Positions 17,584-27,426 of a DNA stretch of 34,800 nucleotides are shown here, piece after piece. The first letter of the stretch is position 1, and each line of letters begins with the position of its first letter. Below the pieces are notes generated by a model. That model saw nothing but the letters and a program-made list of their open reading frames with translations, was not told the DNA's origin and searched no databases. The stretch is from sequence record SRR31156797_7476, one strand, 5' to 3'. A program made the translations under genes and the position numbers.

Positions 17584-19836
17584 TCACAACATGTCATACG
17601 GATCCACATCCACCATGAATTGTACCCGGTTTGCGCCCGGCATCCGTTCAAAAATCGTTTCCGCTTCTAGGAGAAAGTGTTTCAGCAGGGAAGCGCTTTG
17701 GCACTTGATCAGCAATTGCCAGCGGAATTTGCGTTTGAGCCGCGCCATGGGCGCCGCAACCGGACCCAACATTTGAATTTCCTTCCCCCGAGTGGGCCAG
17801 CTTTTCAGCATCTCCTTCAACCTCAACCCCAGTTCGCGCACCGTTGCTCCGGCTTTTGCGGGATCGTCACCCTGAAATTTCAAGCAGGCCAGATTGGAAA
17901 AGGGAGGATATCGAAGCTGTTGCCGGATGTTTTTTTCCTTTTCAAAAAAAAGATTGAAATCGTGATTCACTGCCGTTTGAATCACATAATGATCCGGATT
18001 GAAGGTCTGAATCATCACCCGTCCCTTTTGATCCCCCCGTCCCGCTCTCCCTGCCACCTGGCTCAGAAGTTGGAAGGTCCTTTCCCCGGCCCTGAAATCG
18101 GGAAATGCCAGCGACAGATCCGCCGCAACCACCCCCACCAGGGTCACGTTGGGAAAATCATACCCCTTGGTGATCATCTGTGTGCCCACCAGGATATGGG
18201 TTTTTTCACTGGCGAATTCTTTCAGGATATTGGAAGCTGCACCTTTTTTCCGGGTGGAATCCGTATCCATGCGGGATATTCGGGCGTCGGGGAAAAGGGC
18301 GTTCAGCTCAGTTTCCATCTTTTCCGTTCCGAATCCGAAAGGTCTCAGGCTGTGGCCCCCGCAGTTGGTACACGATACACTTGGCGGAGATTTGAAACCG
18401 CAATAATGGCAAACCAGACGGTTCAGATTGAGATGAAAGGTCAGCGACACATCACAGTTGGGGCAGCGCAGGGCCCGGCCGCATGATCTGCACAGAAAAA
18501 TTTGATGAAATCCCCTTCGGTTCAAGAACAAAATGGACTGGTTTCCCGTGTCCAGGTTTTCCCCAAGGGCCTTTTGAAGTGCGGGGCTGATCATGGGTTC
18601 CTTGCCGCTCGCATCTTTCACCTTCCGCATGTCCACGATTTCCATGCCGGGCATGGGCCGCTGTTCCACCCGCTCCGGCATTGAAAGCAGATGATAACGT
18701 TTGCCCCGGGCATTTTGAAAGGACTGGATGGACGGGGTGCCGCTTCCGAGGATAACCACGGCCTTTTCCAGACGTCCCCGTACCACGGCCACGTCCCTGG
18801 CACAATATGGCGGTCCGGCGCCGCCCGTCTGCACATAGGCGGTATCGTGCTCTTCATCCACAATAATCAATCCCAGTCGAGGCAGTGGGGCGAACAGGGC
18901 CGAACGGGCCCCGATCACCAGGTCCACTTTTCCGGTGGTCATACGAGACCACTGATAATGCCGTTCACTTTTGCTCAGCCCGCTGTGGTAAAGGGCGACC
19001 CGGTCCCCCAGTCGAACCTTGAAGAAATCTTCCAGATAGCCGGCCAGGAGAATTTCAGGGGCCATGAGTATGGCCTGCCGACCCGACTGAACCACTTTTT
19101 CGACGGCCCGGAAATAGACCTCGGTTTTACCGCTTCCCGTGACGCCGTAAAGTAAAAAGGCACCGAAATTTCCCCGGTCCAAACGCTCCTTGATTTGTGA
19201 CAGAGCTTTGAATTGGTATGGGTTCAGGGGATGCGGCCCGGTACCGGGTAATGTTCCCCGGGTTGACGGATTTTTGCGTACTGCGCGGCGCTTTGAAATG
19301 AATTTTTTGCGCCTTTTCTTCACGCGGTTTTCCACCCTGATCCATCCCTTTTCCTGAAGGGGATAGATTGTTTTCATGGGCCAGGGGAGCTTTTTTCCAA
19401 CGTGATTGCCGATCCAGTGCAATATGCGAATCTCTTCCGAATCAAAAAGCCGCCCTTCAAGAAAACCTTTTCCCCTTTTCGTCAATATGGCGGATTTAAA
19501 GGGTTCCCCCGGCAGGGAAGAATGGATTACCATGCCTAAGGGGTGACGGTAATAATCAGCGATCCATTTAAAGAAAGGGACCATCTGCGGGTGAAAGAGG
19601 GGTTCCGGGTCCAGGATATCCTCGATTTCCTTTAGGGTGAGATCGGGCGTTTCAGAGATCTCATCCACCACGTAGCCGGTTATTCGGCGACCATTGAAGG
19701 GGACCAGGACACGGCTGCCGATGTGAACCAACGATCTGATGCATTCCGGAACAGCGTATGAAAAGGGTTCCCTGACGGGCGCTGACACTGCGATGCTGAG
19801 ACAGGAAAAAGGTTCGGGAGGGGTGTTTTCACTCAT
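17584..19836 (-). CDS. priA: Primosomal protein N' (replication restart helicase)
   Basis: GVTGSGKTEVY, IGARSALF, DEEH, LNRRG, four CxxC pairs, GTQMITKG-DFP, QVAGRAGR, DVDP. ATG at 19836 overlaps the upstream stop (ATGAGTGA). Confidence 0.96.
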   Translation of the reverse strand: MSENTPPEPFSCLSIAVSAPVREPFSYAVPECIRSLVHIGSRVLVPFNGRRITGYVVDEISETPDLTLKEIEDILDPEPLFHPQMVPFFKWIADYYRHPLGMVIHSSLPGEPFKSAILTKRGKGFLEGRLFDSEEIRILHWIGNHVGKKLPWPMKTIYPLQEKGWIRVENRVKKRRKKFISKRRAVRKNPSTRGTLPGTGPHPLNPYQFKALSQIKERLDRGNFGAFLLYGVTGSGKTEVYFRAVEKVVQSGRQAILMAPEILLAGYLEDFFKVRLGDRVALYHSGLSKSERHYQWSRMTTGKVDLVIGARSALFAPLPRLGLIIVDEEHDTAYVQTGGAGPPYCARDVAVVRGRLEKAVVILGSGTPSIQSFQNARGKRYHLLSMPERVEQRPMPGMEIVDMRKVKDASGKEPMISPALQKALGENLDTGNQSILFLNRRGFHQIFLCRSCGRALRCPNCDVSLTFHLNLNRLVCHYCGFKSPPSVSCTNCGGHSLRPFGFGTEKMETELNALFPDARISRMDTDSTRKKGAASNILKEFASEKTHILVGTQMITKGYDFPNVTLVGVVAADLSLAFPDFRAGERTFQLLSQVAGRAGRGDQKGRVMIQTFNPDHYVIQTAVNHDFNLFFEKEKNIRQQLRYPPFSNLACLKFQGDDPAKAGATVRELGLRLKEMLKSWPTRGKEIQMLGPVAAPMARLKRKFRWQLLIKCQSASLLKHFLLEAETIFERMPGANRVQFMVDVDPYDML

Positions 19837-20983
19837 CCCGCATCCTTCTGACCCGGTTGATGACGGCTTGGGCCGTTTCTTCAATTTCCTCCGGGGTATT
19901 GTGCCTCCCTAGGCTGAATCTCAAGGCGCCCATGCCCACCCGGGGAGAAACCCCCATGGCTGACAGCACATGGGAGAGCGTTACCCTCCGGTCATGACAT
20001 GCGGCCCCGGTGGAGGCCATGAGGTTGGGAATTTCCGAAAGAATCCGTCCCCCTTCAAGGCCGGGGACTGAAACATTGAGGGTATTGGGGAGTCGCTTAT
20101 TTTTGGGGCCGTTTAAAACCAGGTCCGGAATACCCTCAAAAAGAAGGGTCTGCAACCGATTCCTCAACCGGGAGATTTCTTTTTCATCACGGATCAGCCG
20201 TTCCCGGGCAACCCCACATGCGGCACCGAACCCCACCGTCAGGATGGTATTTTCCGTTCCGGCCCGTCTTCCGTCCTCCTGGCCGGCGCCGTGAATGAGG
20301 GGTGTCAGGGTTAGACCTTCACGCATGTAAAGGGCACCCACACCCTTGGGGCCGTAAAGCTTATGGCCCGCCACACTTAAAAAATCCACCCCCAGTTCTT
20401 CCACCCGCACGGAAATTTTTCCCACGGCTTGGGCCGCGTCCGTATGCAGCGGGATGTTATATTCCTTGGCGATTTGGGAAATTTCCCTGATGGGCTGAAG
20501 GGCACCGGTTTCGTTGTTGGCCAGCATGATGGTGATGAGTCCCGTATGGGGCAAAATGGCTTTTTGAACTTGATCCGGGTCCATGAGACCTTTTTCATCT
20601 ACGGGAAGAATGGTCACATGCGCCCCCAGTTCCCCTAGAAACAGGGCCGGATTCAAAATAGCGGGGTGTTCGATTGCAGATGTAATCATATGAAATTGAT
20701 CAGGATGCCTGAAGTCAACAAGCCCTTTGAGAACCATGTTGTTGCTCTCGGTGCCCCCTGATGTAAAAATAATTTCACTCGGCTGACAACCCAGAAGAGC
20801 CGCCACATTTTCCCGGGCCCGCACCACCCCTTCCTTTGCCCTGGCGCCCAAAGGATGTGAACTGGAAGGATTGCCGAAATACTCCGCCATGAAGGGTGTC
20901 ATGGCGGAGATGGCTTCCGGAGCGATGGGGGTGGTTCCGTTATGATCCAGGTAAATGGGATGCTTCAAAACCGATTCCGTCAT
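19829..20983 (-). CDS. Cysteine desulfurase, group I NifS/IscS family
   Basis: IYLDHNGTTP, FGNPSS-H, FTSGGTESNN, MLANNETG, HTDAAQ, GHK-YGPKG (PLP Lys), RAGTEN, STGAAC (catalytic Cys). Start set at ATG 20983. Confidence 0.93.
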   Translation of the reverse strand: MTESVLKHPIYLDHNGTTPIAPEAISAMTPFMAEYFGNPSSSHPLGARAKEGVVRARENVAALLGCQPSEIIFTSGGTESNNMVLKGLVDFRHPDQFHMITSAIEHPAILNPALFLGELGAHVTILPVDEKGLMDPDQVQKAILPHTGLITIMLANNETGALQPIREISQIAKEYNIPLHTDAAQAVGKISVRVEELGVDFLSVAGHKLYGPKGVGALYMREGLTLTPLIHGAGQEDGRRAGTENTILTVGFGAACGVARERLIRDEKEISRLRNRLQTLLFEGIPDLVLNGPKNKRLPNTLNVSVPGLEGGRILSEIPNLMASTGAACHDRRVTLSHVLSAMGVSPRVGMGALRFSLGRHNTPEEIEETAQAVINRVRRMRDE

Positions 20984-21203
20984 AAAAACCGCCTTTCCAC
21001 AAAAAACAGGCCACCATAATCGTTGTTTGAATGAAACGTTAAAGGCCTGATCAATAACGCTTTCTACGCTTTTTAGAATAAATTTTGCCAATTGACAACA
21101 TATTACACAAATGATAGAGATATCATCGATTGGCCTTGCCGATACTTGAGAAGATTTCGCCAAACCAAAGCCAAACGGACGTTTTTGAGGAGAAAGAGCA
21201 GCC

Positions 21204-22193
21204 ATGCAATCCGTAAGAATTCTGGGAACGGGATCTTATGTGCCGCCAAAGGTTCTGTCCAATTTTGATCTTCAGAAAATGGGGCTGGAAACTTCCGATG
21301 AGTGGATTGTAAAAAGAACCGGTGTCAGCCAGCGACGGATCGCCGATCCGGATGTGACAACAGCTGATCTCGCCCGTGAAGCGGCGCTTAAGGCCTTTGA
21401 TATGGCCCATATCACCGCCAGGGACATCGACCTTATTCTTGTGGCCACCATTACGCCCGACACTTGCTGTCCTTCCGCCGCCAACTGGCTTCAGGCCAAG
21501 CTGGATGCGCCTAAAGCCATAACTTTTGATATTACGGCGGCTTGCTCCGGTTTCATTTTTGCTCTCAATGTGGCGGAGCAATACCTGCGGACGGGTGCCG
21601 CAAACCGGGTTCTGGTGGTGGCTTCCGAAGTGATGACCCGCACCGTGGACTGGACGGATCGCAGTTCCTGTATCCTCTGGGGCGACGGGGCCGGCGCTGC
21701 CGTGTTGCAGATGGGCGATGCGGGCCCGGAAATTCTATCCACCCATCTTCACACGGACGGCCACAATGGCCAGGATCTTTTATTGCCCGGGGGAGGCTCC
21801 AAAACCACGCCCATCTCCCATGAGAGCGTGGATGAAAAGCGCCATGTGCTTCAGCTGATTGAAGCCAACGCCAGTTTCAGAGTGGCGGTGAGGCATTTTG
21901 TTGAATCCATCAAGGAAGCGGCCCGGTACAACCATGTGGCGGTTCAGGATATTGACTGGTTCATTCCCCATCAGGCCAATTTGCGCATGTTTCAATCCAT
22001 GGCCAAGACATTGAAGCTCGGAATGGAAAAATTCTATGTTACCCTCAACAAATACGGCAATATTTCCTCGGCCTCATGTGCCATCGCTTTTGATGAAGCG
22101 GTTCGGGACGGTAGTATCCGGAAGGGGCATCTGGTCTGCCTTCCGGTGTTCGGCGGCGGGCTCACGTGGGGCAGTGCCCTGGTCCGTTGGTAA
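21204..22193 (+). CDS. fabH: 3-oxoacyl-ACP synthase III
   Basis: Catalytic triad AACSGF / PHQAN / YGNISS, plus GDGAGA and FGGGLTWG; GAGGAG RBS. Confidence 0.93.
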   Translation: MQSVRILGTGSYVPPKVLSNFDLQKMGLETSDEWIVKRTGVSQRRIADPDVTTADLAREAALKAFDMAHITARDIDLILVATITPDTCCPSAANWLQAKLDAPKAITFDITAACSGFIFALNVAEQYLRTGAANRVLVVASEVMTRTVDWTDRSSCILWGDGAGAAVLQMGDAGPEILSTHLHTDGHNGQDLLLPGGGSKTTPISHESVDEKRHVLQLIEANASFRVAVRHFVESIKEAARYNHVAVQDIDWFIPHQANLRMFQSMAKTLKLGMEKFYVTLNKYGNISSASCAIAFDEAVRDGSIRKGHLVCLPVFGGGLTWGSALVRW

Positions 22194-22228
22194 AAATTTT
22201 TTTTAAAAGGAAGAAGAGCATCTACCAA

Positions 22229-23005
22229 ATGATTCTTCAAGCACTGGAAAATGCCGGCATTGGATTTGAAGCCGGGTTTAAAGAATTTAAAGAAAACCGC
22301 CCGACACTTGTTATGATCCATGGTGCCGGAGGAGGTGCGCAGGTCTGGCGCAATCAGGTTCACCTGCTGAAATCGTCCCTCAACACCCTGGCCATCGATC
22401 TGCCGGGCCATGGGAAAACCGCCGGGAGCGCCCGGGAGACCATTGATGGGTATGCCCAATGGTTGATGGAAACGCTTAAAAGGTTTTTTTCTGATCCGCC
22501 CTTTCTCATGGGTCATTCCATGGGGGGTGCCATTGTTCAAACGGCGGCATTTGAAAGCCCTTCTTTGATGAGGGGGATCATCTTGGCAGGTACCGGTCCC
22601 CGCCTGGGTGTGGCACCGGCTTTTCTGGACGGCCTGTTAAGTAACTTTGAAAACACCATTGATACCATCATGGGTCATGCCTACGCCCCGGAAGTGGACC
22701 ACCGACTCCTTACAGAAGGTGCGGCTCTCATGAGAGAGGCCGGATCGGAGATTGTTCATGGGGATTTCATGGCCTGCAACCGGTTTGATATGCGAGACCG
22801 GATTGCAGGAATCACCTTGCCCACGCTTATCCTGTGTGGGGAAAAAGACCAAATGACGCCGCCCTCCCTTTCCGGAAAGATCAACGGATCCATTCAGGGG
22901 AGCCGGTGCGAAATAATCCCGTCGGCCGGTCACATGGTCATGATTGAAAACTCGAAAGCTTTTAACAAAACCGTGCTGGATTTTATTTTGGAGGCTGAAC
23001 GCTGA
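22229..23005 (+). CDS. Alpha/beta-fold hydrolase
   Basis: IHGAGG, DLPGHG, nucleophile elbow GHSMGG, GEKD, AGHM. Start set at ATG 22229. Confidence 0.9.
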   Translation: MILQALENAGIGFEAGFKEFKENRPTLVMIHGAGGGAQVWRNQVHLLKSSLNTLAIDLPGHGKTAGSARETIDGYAQWLMETLKRFFSDPPFLMGHSMGGAIVQTAAFESPSLMRGIILAGTGPRLGVAPAFLDGLLSNFENTIDTIMGHAYAPEVDHRLLTEGAALMREAGSEIVHGDFMACNRFDMRDRIAGITLPTLILCGEKDQMTPPSLSGKINGSIQGSRCEIIPSAGHMVMIENSKAFNKTVLDFILEAER

Positions 23006-23019
23006 TCCCGGGTTCCGCC

Positions 23020-23688
23020 ATGAAAAAAATATCGTCATTCAGTGCGATTCCCCCCCGCCTGAAAATTCGGGAGCCCGACGGGCTGACCGCCTGCCCGGAT
23101 TGCGATCTGTTGTTAAAAGAGACCGAGGGGGTGGCGCAGGGCCGAAAAAGCCGTTGTCCCCGTTGCGGCAACGTCCTTTATTCTCACAGGAGAAACTCCG
23201 TTGAACGGACCCTGGTGTTAAGCTTGACGGGGCTGATCCTTTTTTTTCCCGCCATGCTGCTCCCCGTTATGACATTGGATGCCATGGGGCTTACGATGGC
23301 AACCAACCTGGTTCACGGCATTTCCGTTCTTTTTGGGTCCGGTTTTCATGCGGTTGCCATTTTGGTGTTTTTCACCGGTGTGGCCGTGCCGTTTATCAAA
23401 TTACTGGTGTTGTTTGTTGTCTCTCTTTCCATCAAATTTAAGTCCAAATCATACCTGTTGATTCTTTTTTTTAGAGCGTACCAATTCCTGGATGAATGGG
23501 GAATGCTTGAAATTTATATGCTGGGCATTCTGGTATCCATCATCAAACTCAAAGATTTGGCCCAGCTATCCTACGGTATTGGACTTTTCTGTTTTACAGC
23601 GCTCTTGATGATGACCGTTTGCACCGCCGTAAGCCTGGATGAACATCGGTATTGGTCTTTGATGGATAGAAGGACGTCTCATGAGTAG
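23020..23688 (+). CDS. PqiA/LetA-family membrane protein, N-terminal half
   Basis: CPDCD...CPRCG zinc ribbon, TM helices, EWGMLEIYMLG-LVS-IKL. Confidence 0.9.
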   Translation: MKKISSFSAIPPRLKIREPDGLTACPDCDLLLKETEGVAQGRKSRCPRCGNVLYSHRRNSVERTLVLSLTGLILFFPAMLLPVMTLDAMGLTMATNLVHGISVLFGSGFHAVAILVFFTGVAVPFIKLLVLFVVSLSIKFKSKSYLLILFFRAYQFLDEWGMLEIYMLGILVSIIKLKDLAQLSYGIGLFCFTALLMMTVCTAVSLDEHRYWSLMDRRTSHE

Positions 23689-24304
23689 GGACGCAATGAC
23701 CGCACGGCAGGCAGGGTTTGTCCTGTGCCGGAAATGCCGTCTGCTGAGTGACCAAAAAGCGGTTGAAATCGATAACCATTGCCCCCGTTGCGGCGTGCGC
23801 CTGCATCTGCGCAAGCCTGAAAGTCTGGCGAGAACCTGGGCCCTTTTGATCACCAGCTTTATTCTTCTCTTCCCCGCCAATCTGCTCCCCATCATGACCG
23901 TGACCTATTTGGGCGAGAAGGAACCCAACACCATTATGCAGGGTATTGAATACTTTATACAATCCGGCACCTATATGATTGCGTTTTTGATTTTTTTCGC
24001 CAGCATCCTGGTTCCCATATTCAAGGTGGCGGGCATTATGTTGGTGCTGCTATCCATCCAGAGAAAATGGACAGGAAGGCTCAGGCATAAAACCTTGATG
24101 TTCAGAATGATCCGGTTCGTTGGACGCTGGTCCATGCTGGATATCTTCGTCATCGCCCTTATGGTGGCCATGGTGGAGTTCGGGACTTTGAATTCCATAC
24201 AAGCAGCGCCCGCTGCCACCTATTTTGCAGGGGTGGTGGTCTTTACCATGCTGGCTGCCAACACATTCGATACACGGCTCATATGGGAGGAAACGGACCG
24301 ATGA
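23681..24304 (+). CDS. PqiA/LetA-family membrane protein, C-terminal half
   Basis: CRKC...CPRCG, RKPESL-RTWAL, PANLLPIM, GRWSMLDIFV, FDTRLIW; overlaps the previous gene. Confidence 0.9.
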   Translation: MSRDAMTARQAGFVLCRKCRLLSDQKAVEIDNHCPRCGVRLHLRKPESLARTWALLITSFILLFPANLLPIMTVTYLGEKEPNTIMQGIEYFIQSGTYMIAFLIFFASILVPIFKVAGIMLVLLSIQRKWTGRLRHKTLMFRMIRFVGRWSMLDIFVIALMVAMVEFGTLNSIQAAPAATYFAGVVVFTMLAANTFDTRLIWEETDR

Positions 24305-26013
24305 AGGATGATCTTTTGGCAACCGGTAATATCAGCGAGCCGCAGCCCAAAAGCCGTCAAGGCATTTCACCCATCTGGATTCTGCCTTTGGTAGCCCTTA
24401 TCATCGCCGGTTGGCTGATCTATAAAAGCGTTGTGGATGCCGGTATCAACGCGGTGATTACATTTGCCACGGCCCAGGGTATTGAAAAGGGGAAAACCCG
24501 GGTTCTATTTCGCGGTACGCCTGTGGGATTGGTGAAGGATCTGGCCATTAACAAGGATTTCAAAGGGGTTGATGTTCAGGTGGAATTCGTCAAAAGTGCC
24601 CGAACCCTTCTTGCAAAAGATACCCGCTTCTGGATGGTGGAACCCCGTATTTCCACCCAGGGAATCACCGGATTGGAAACCATTTTAAGGGGCAATTATA
24701 TCGGCATGCTCCCCGGGAAAGGCGAAGAGGCCCGTAAATTCACCGCCCTTTCGGAGCCCCCGCCCATGACATCCACTGAACCCGGACTTCAGATTCAGCT
24801 GGCGGCAAATAATCAGGGTTCTTTAACCACCGGCAGTATGGTTTATTTTAAAGGGATTGAGGTGGGCAGGATTCAGCGATGTGCTCTGGGAAAGGACAAC
24901 AATGTGGTTATTGACGTCTTCATTCGCAAGGAACACGCCCCGTTACTGAAGAAAAGTTCACGGTTTTTCAGCGTGAGCGGTATCACGTTGGAAGGGGGGC
25001 TTTCCGGTTTTAAGATTCGCGCCGAGGCCCTCAGTGCTCTGGTGAAAGGGGGTATTGGGTTTTTCACTCCGGGAGGCGGAAAAGGGCTCCAAAATGCCCA
25101 AAATGGTGATGTATTTCATCTGTTTGAAACTAAAGATGCGGCGCTTCAGGAAGGGAGCTGGATTACCCTTACCTGTGATGACGGCATGGGGATTTCCAGC
25201 CAGACCCTTATTAAGTACCGGGGGCTGGAAATCGGCAGGGTTTCCGAGGTCAACCTGGATCAAAAGATGTCCCACGTGGTGATCAAAGCATCCGTTCAGT
25301 CGAAATATCAAACGCTTATGCGGGAAGGCACGGAATTCTGGCTGGTTAAACCGAAACTGGGGCTCGCCCATGCCAAGAATCTGGAGACCCTGATCACCGG
25401 TACCTATTTTGCTTTGAAACCCGGCAGGGGAAAGCCGAAACGGACCTTTACGGTTCTCGGGAAAGCGCCTGAAACCATTATTTTGAGAAAAGGCCTCCAG
25501 ATCACCCTTGAAGCGGAAAGGCTGGGCTCCATCAAACCGGATGACCCGGTCTATTTTCGCCAGATAAAGGTGGGAAAAGTAACCTACTGCCGTTTATCAG
25601 AAAATGCTACTTCCGTTTCAGTGGGTGTGGATATCGAAAGCCGTTACGCTAAATTGGTACGCAGTGATTCAAAATTTTGGAAAGCATCGGGTATTGACAT
25701 GCGTTTCGGGCTTTTCAGCGGGGCCGAGGTGAAAACCGAATCCCTTGAAGCGATGCTGGAAGGGGGCATCGCTTTTGCCACCCCCGGGAAACATTCCGAA
25801 AACGCCACGGTTTCCAAAAATCCCACAGTTTCCAGCAAAAGCAGGGGCGTGGAGCTGGATGAAAACGGGTCAGAAAAAAAGCCTTCCCCAAACGGTTCCA
25901 AAACATCGTCCCCGTCGGGTCGAGCCGCACGAAAAGGTGATAAATTCATCCTCCATGACAAACCTGAAGATGCGTGGCTCAAGTGGCGACCCGTCATTAT
26001 GCTGCCCGGATAG
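24301..26013 (+). CDS. MCE-domain lipid transport protein, LetB/YebT-like, with four MCE repeats
   Basis: ISPIWILPLVAL TM, then four MCE starts (ITFATAQG.., IQLAANNQGSL.., ITLTCDDGMGI.., ITLEAERLGSI..); ends F-LHDKPEDAWLKW. ATGA overlap at 24301. Confidence 0.9.
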   Translation: MKDDLLATGNISEPQPKSRQGISPIWILPLVALIIAGWLIYKSVVDAGINAVITFATAQGIEKGKTRVLFRGTPVGLVKDLAINKDFKGVDVQVEFVKSARTLLAKDTRFWMVEPRISTQGITGLETILRGNYIGMLPGKGEEARKFTALSEPPPMTSTEPGLQIQLAANNQGSLTTGSMVYFKGIEVGRIQRCALGKDNNVVIDVFIRKEHAPLLKKSSRFFSVSGITLEGGLSGFKIRAEALSALVKGGIGFFTPGGGKGLQNAQNGDVFHLFETKDAALQEGSWITLTCDDGMGISSQTLIKYRGLEIGRVSEVNLDQKMSHVVIKASVQSKYQTLMREGTEFWLVKPKLGLAHAKNLETLITGTYFALKPGRGKPKRTFTVLGKAPETIILRKGLQITLEAERLGSIKPDDPVYFRQIKVGKVTYCRLSENATSVSVGVDIESRYAKLVRSDSKFWKASGIDMRFGLFSGAEVKTESLEAMLEGGIAFATPGKHSENATVSKNPTVSSKSRGVELDENGSEKKPSPNGSKTSSPSGRAARKGDKFILHDKPEDAWLKWRPVIMLPG

Positions 26014-26028
26014 AGGCGCCTTTGAATC

Positions 26029-27339
26029 ATGGAAAAGACCCTTTCCCGGGACCGGCTAATTATTTTCGGGCGATATCCCGTGCCCGGAAAAACCAAGACC
26101 CGCCTGATCCCCGCCCTGGGACCGGTCGGCGCGGCCGATCTTCAACGCCGCTTGACGGAAAAAACGTTTCTTTCAGCGACCGAATTTGCGGCCCGTTATA
26201 AAACCACCATTGAATGCTGTTTTGAAGGGGGTACGCCCCAAAAGATAAACCGCTGGCTCGGTTCCATTCCCAGGTTATCTTTTCAGCATGCAGGTGACTT
26301 GGGTCAACGAATGCGCTTTGCCCTGTTTGACGCCTTGAATGAAGGAAGCAATCGGGTGGTTTTGGTGGGGACGGACATTCCGGGGGTAAACGCGGAAATT
26401 CTGGCGCAAGCCTTTGGTGCACTGCTGGAACACGATATTGTTCTGGGACCCAGCACGGACGGGGGATATTGGCTTATGGGTTTGAAACGGCCCATTGACC
26501 TTTTTCAGAATATCCATTGGAGCTCACCCAAGGTTCTTGAGCAGACCCTGGCACAGGCCCGGCACATGGGGCTGACGGTCCGTCTTCTCCAATTTCTATG
26601 GGATGTGGACACTCCTGAAGACTTAGGGAGATGGCGTCTTGAAGAAAATGTACCGGAGTTTTTTTTAACGGTTGTGATACCGGCCTTTAACGAGGAAAAC
26701 CATATCCGCCGGGCCATTTTGAGTGCAACAGGCCGGGACGTGGAAGTGATTGTGGCGGATGGGGGAAGCACCGATGGCACGGTCAGTGTGGCAGAATCCC
26801 TTGGCGTGCGCGTTATCCACTCCCCTTTGGGTCGCGCCAGGCAGCAGAATTGCGGGGCCGCTACGGCAAAGGGTGAACATCTGCTCTTTCTCCATGCGGA
26901 TACCCGTCTGCCCGAAGACTATGTGATCCAGGTTTTTGAAACCCTTTTGGCACAAGGAACGGTAATGGGCGCTTTTCGTTTCAAGACGGATTTTCGCCAT
27001 CCCCTGATGCGGCTTGTGGAGTGGATGGCCCACCTGCGGGCAAAATATTTGCGGCTTCCCTATGGAGACCAGGCGATTTTCATGAAAAAGGCGATTTTTG
27101 AAAGGGCCGGTGGCTTTCCCGTTGTTCCCATCGGGGAAGACCTTTTTCTGGTACGCCATCTGGTCAAACACGAAAATGTGCAGGTGCTCATGGCAAAGGG
27201 AGCAGCCGTCACATCGGGGCGCCGATGGAAAACCATTGGGCCCCTCAAAACCACATGGATCAACCAACTCATGTTGATGGGCATGATCATGGGGATTTCC
27301 CTTCAAACCCTGTCCCGTCTTTACCGAAGGTCATTGTGA
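26029..27339 (+). CDS. Fusion of DUF2064/TIGR04282-type transferase and TIGR04283-type GT2 glycosyltransferase
   Basis: N-half: P-PGKTKTRL, Q-GDLGQRM, VGTDIP, LGPSTDGGYWL-G, WS, DVDTPEDL. C-half: VVIPAFNEE, DGGSTDGT, GRARQQN-GA, LLFLHADT, PYGDQ, EDL, TSGRRW. Confidence 0.88.
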   Translation: MEKTLSRDRLIIFGRYPVPGKTKTRLIPALGPVGAADLQRRLTEKTFLSATEFAARYKTTIECCFEGGTPQKINRWLGSIPRLSFQHAGDLGQRMRFALFDALNEGSNRVVLVGTDIPGVNAEILAQAFGALLEHDIVLGPSTDGGYWLMGLKRPIDLFQNIHWSSPKVLEQTLAQARHMGLTVRLLQFLWDVDTPEDLGRWRLEENVPEFFLTVVIPAFNEENHIRRAILSATGRDVEVIVADGGSTDGTVSVAESLGVRVIHSPLGRARQQNCGAATAKGEHLLFLHADTRLPEDYVIQVFETLLAQGTVMGAFRFKTDFRHPLMRLVEWMAHLRAKYLRLPYGDQAIFMKKAIFERAGGFPVVPIGEDLFLVRHLVKHENVQVLMAKGAAVTSGRRWKTIGPLKTTWINQLMLMGMIMGISLQTLSRLYRRSL

Positions 27340-27426
27340 TGGATTTTCTTGACTTAAAAATGATCACCGGCTTATATAATCGTAACGGTTCAGCGTTCTA
27401 ATCCTTATCAGGCAGGTGAATATTTT

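Noticed and set aside
21075-21092. TGGCA on the minus strand upstream of the desulfurase as a possible sigma54 promoter
   Set aside because: The -12 position reads TC, not GC.
20984-21205. 74-aa N-terminal extension of the cysteine desulfurase in the ORF track (likewise for priA, larB, fusA and the regulator)
   Set aside because: Extensions cover promoter regions or neighbouring genes; family homology starts at the downstream start codons.
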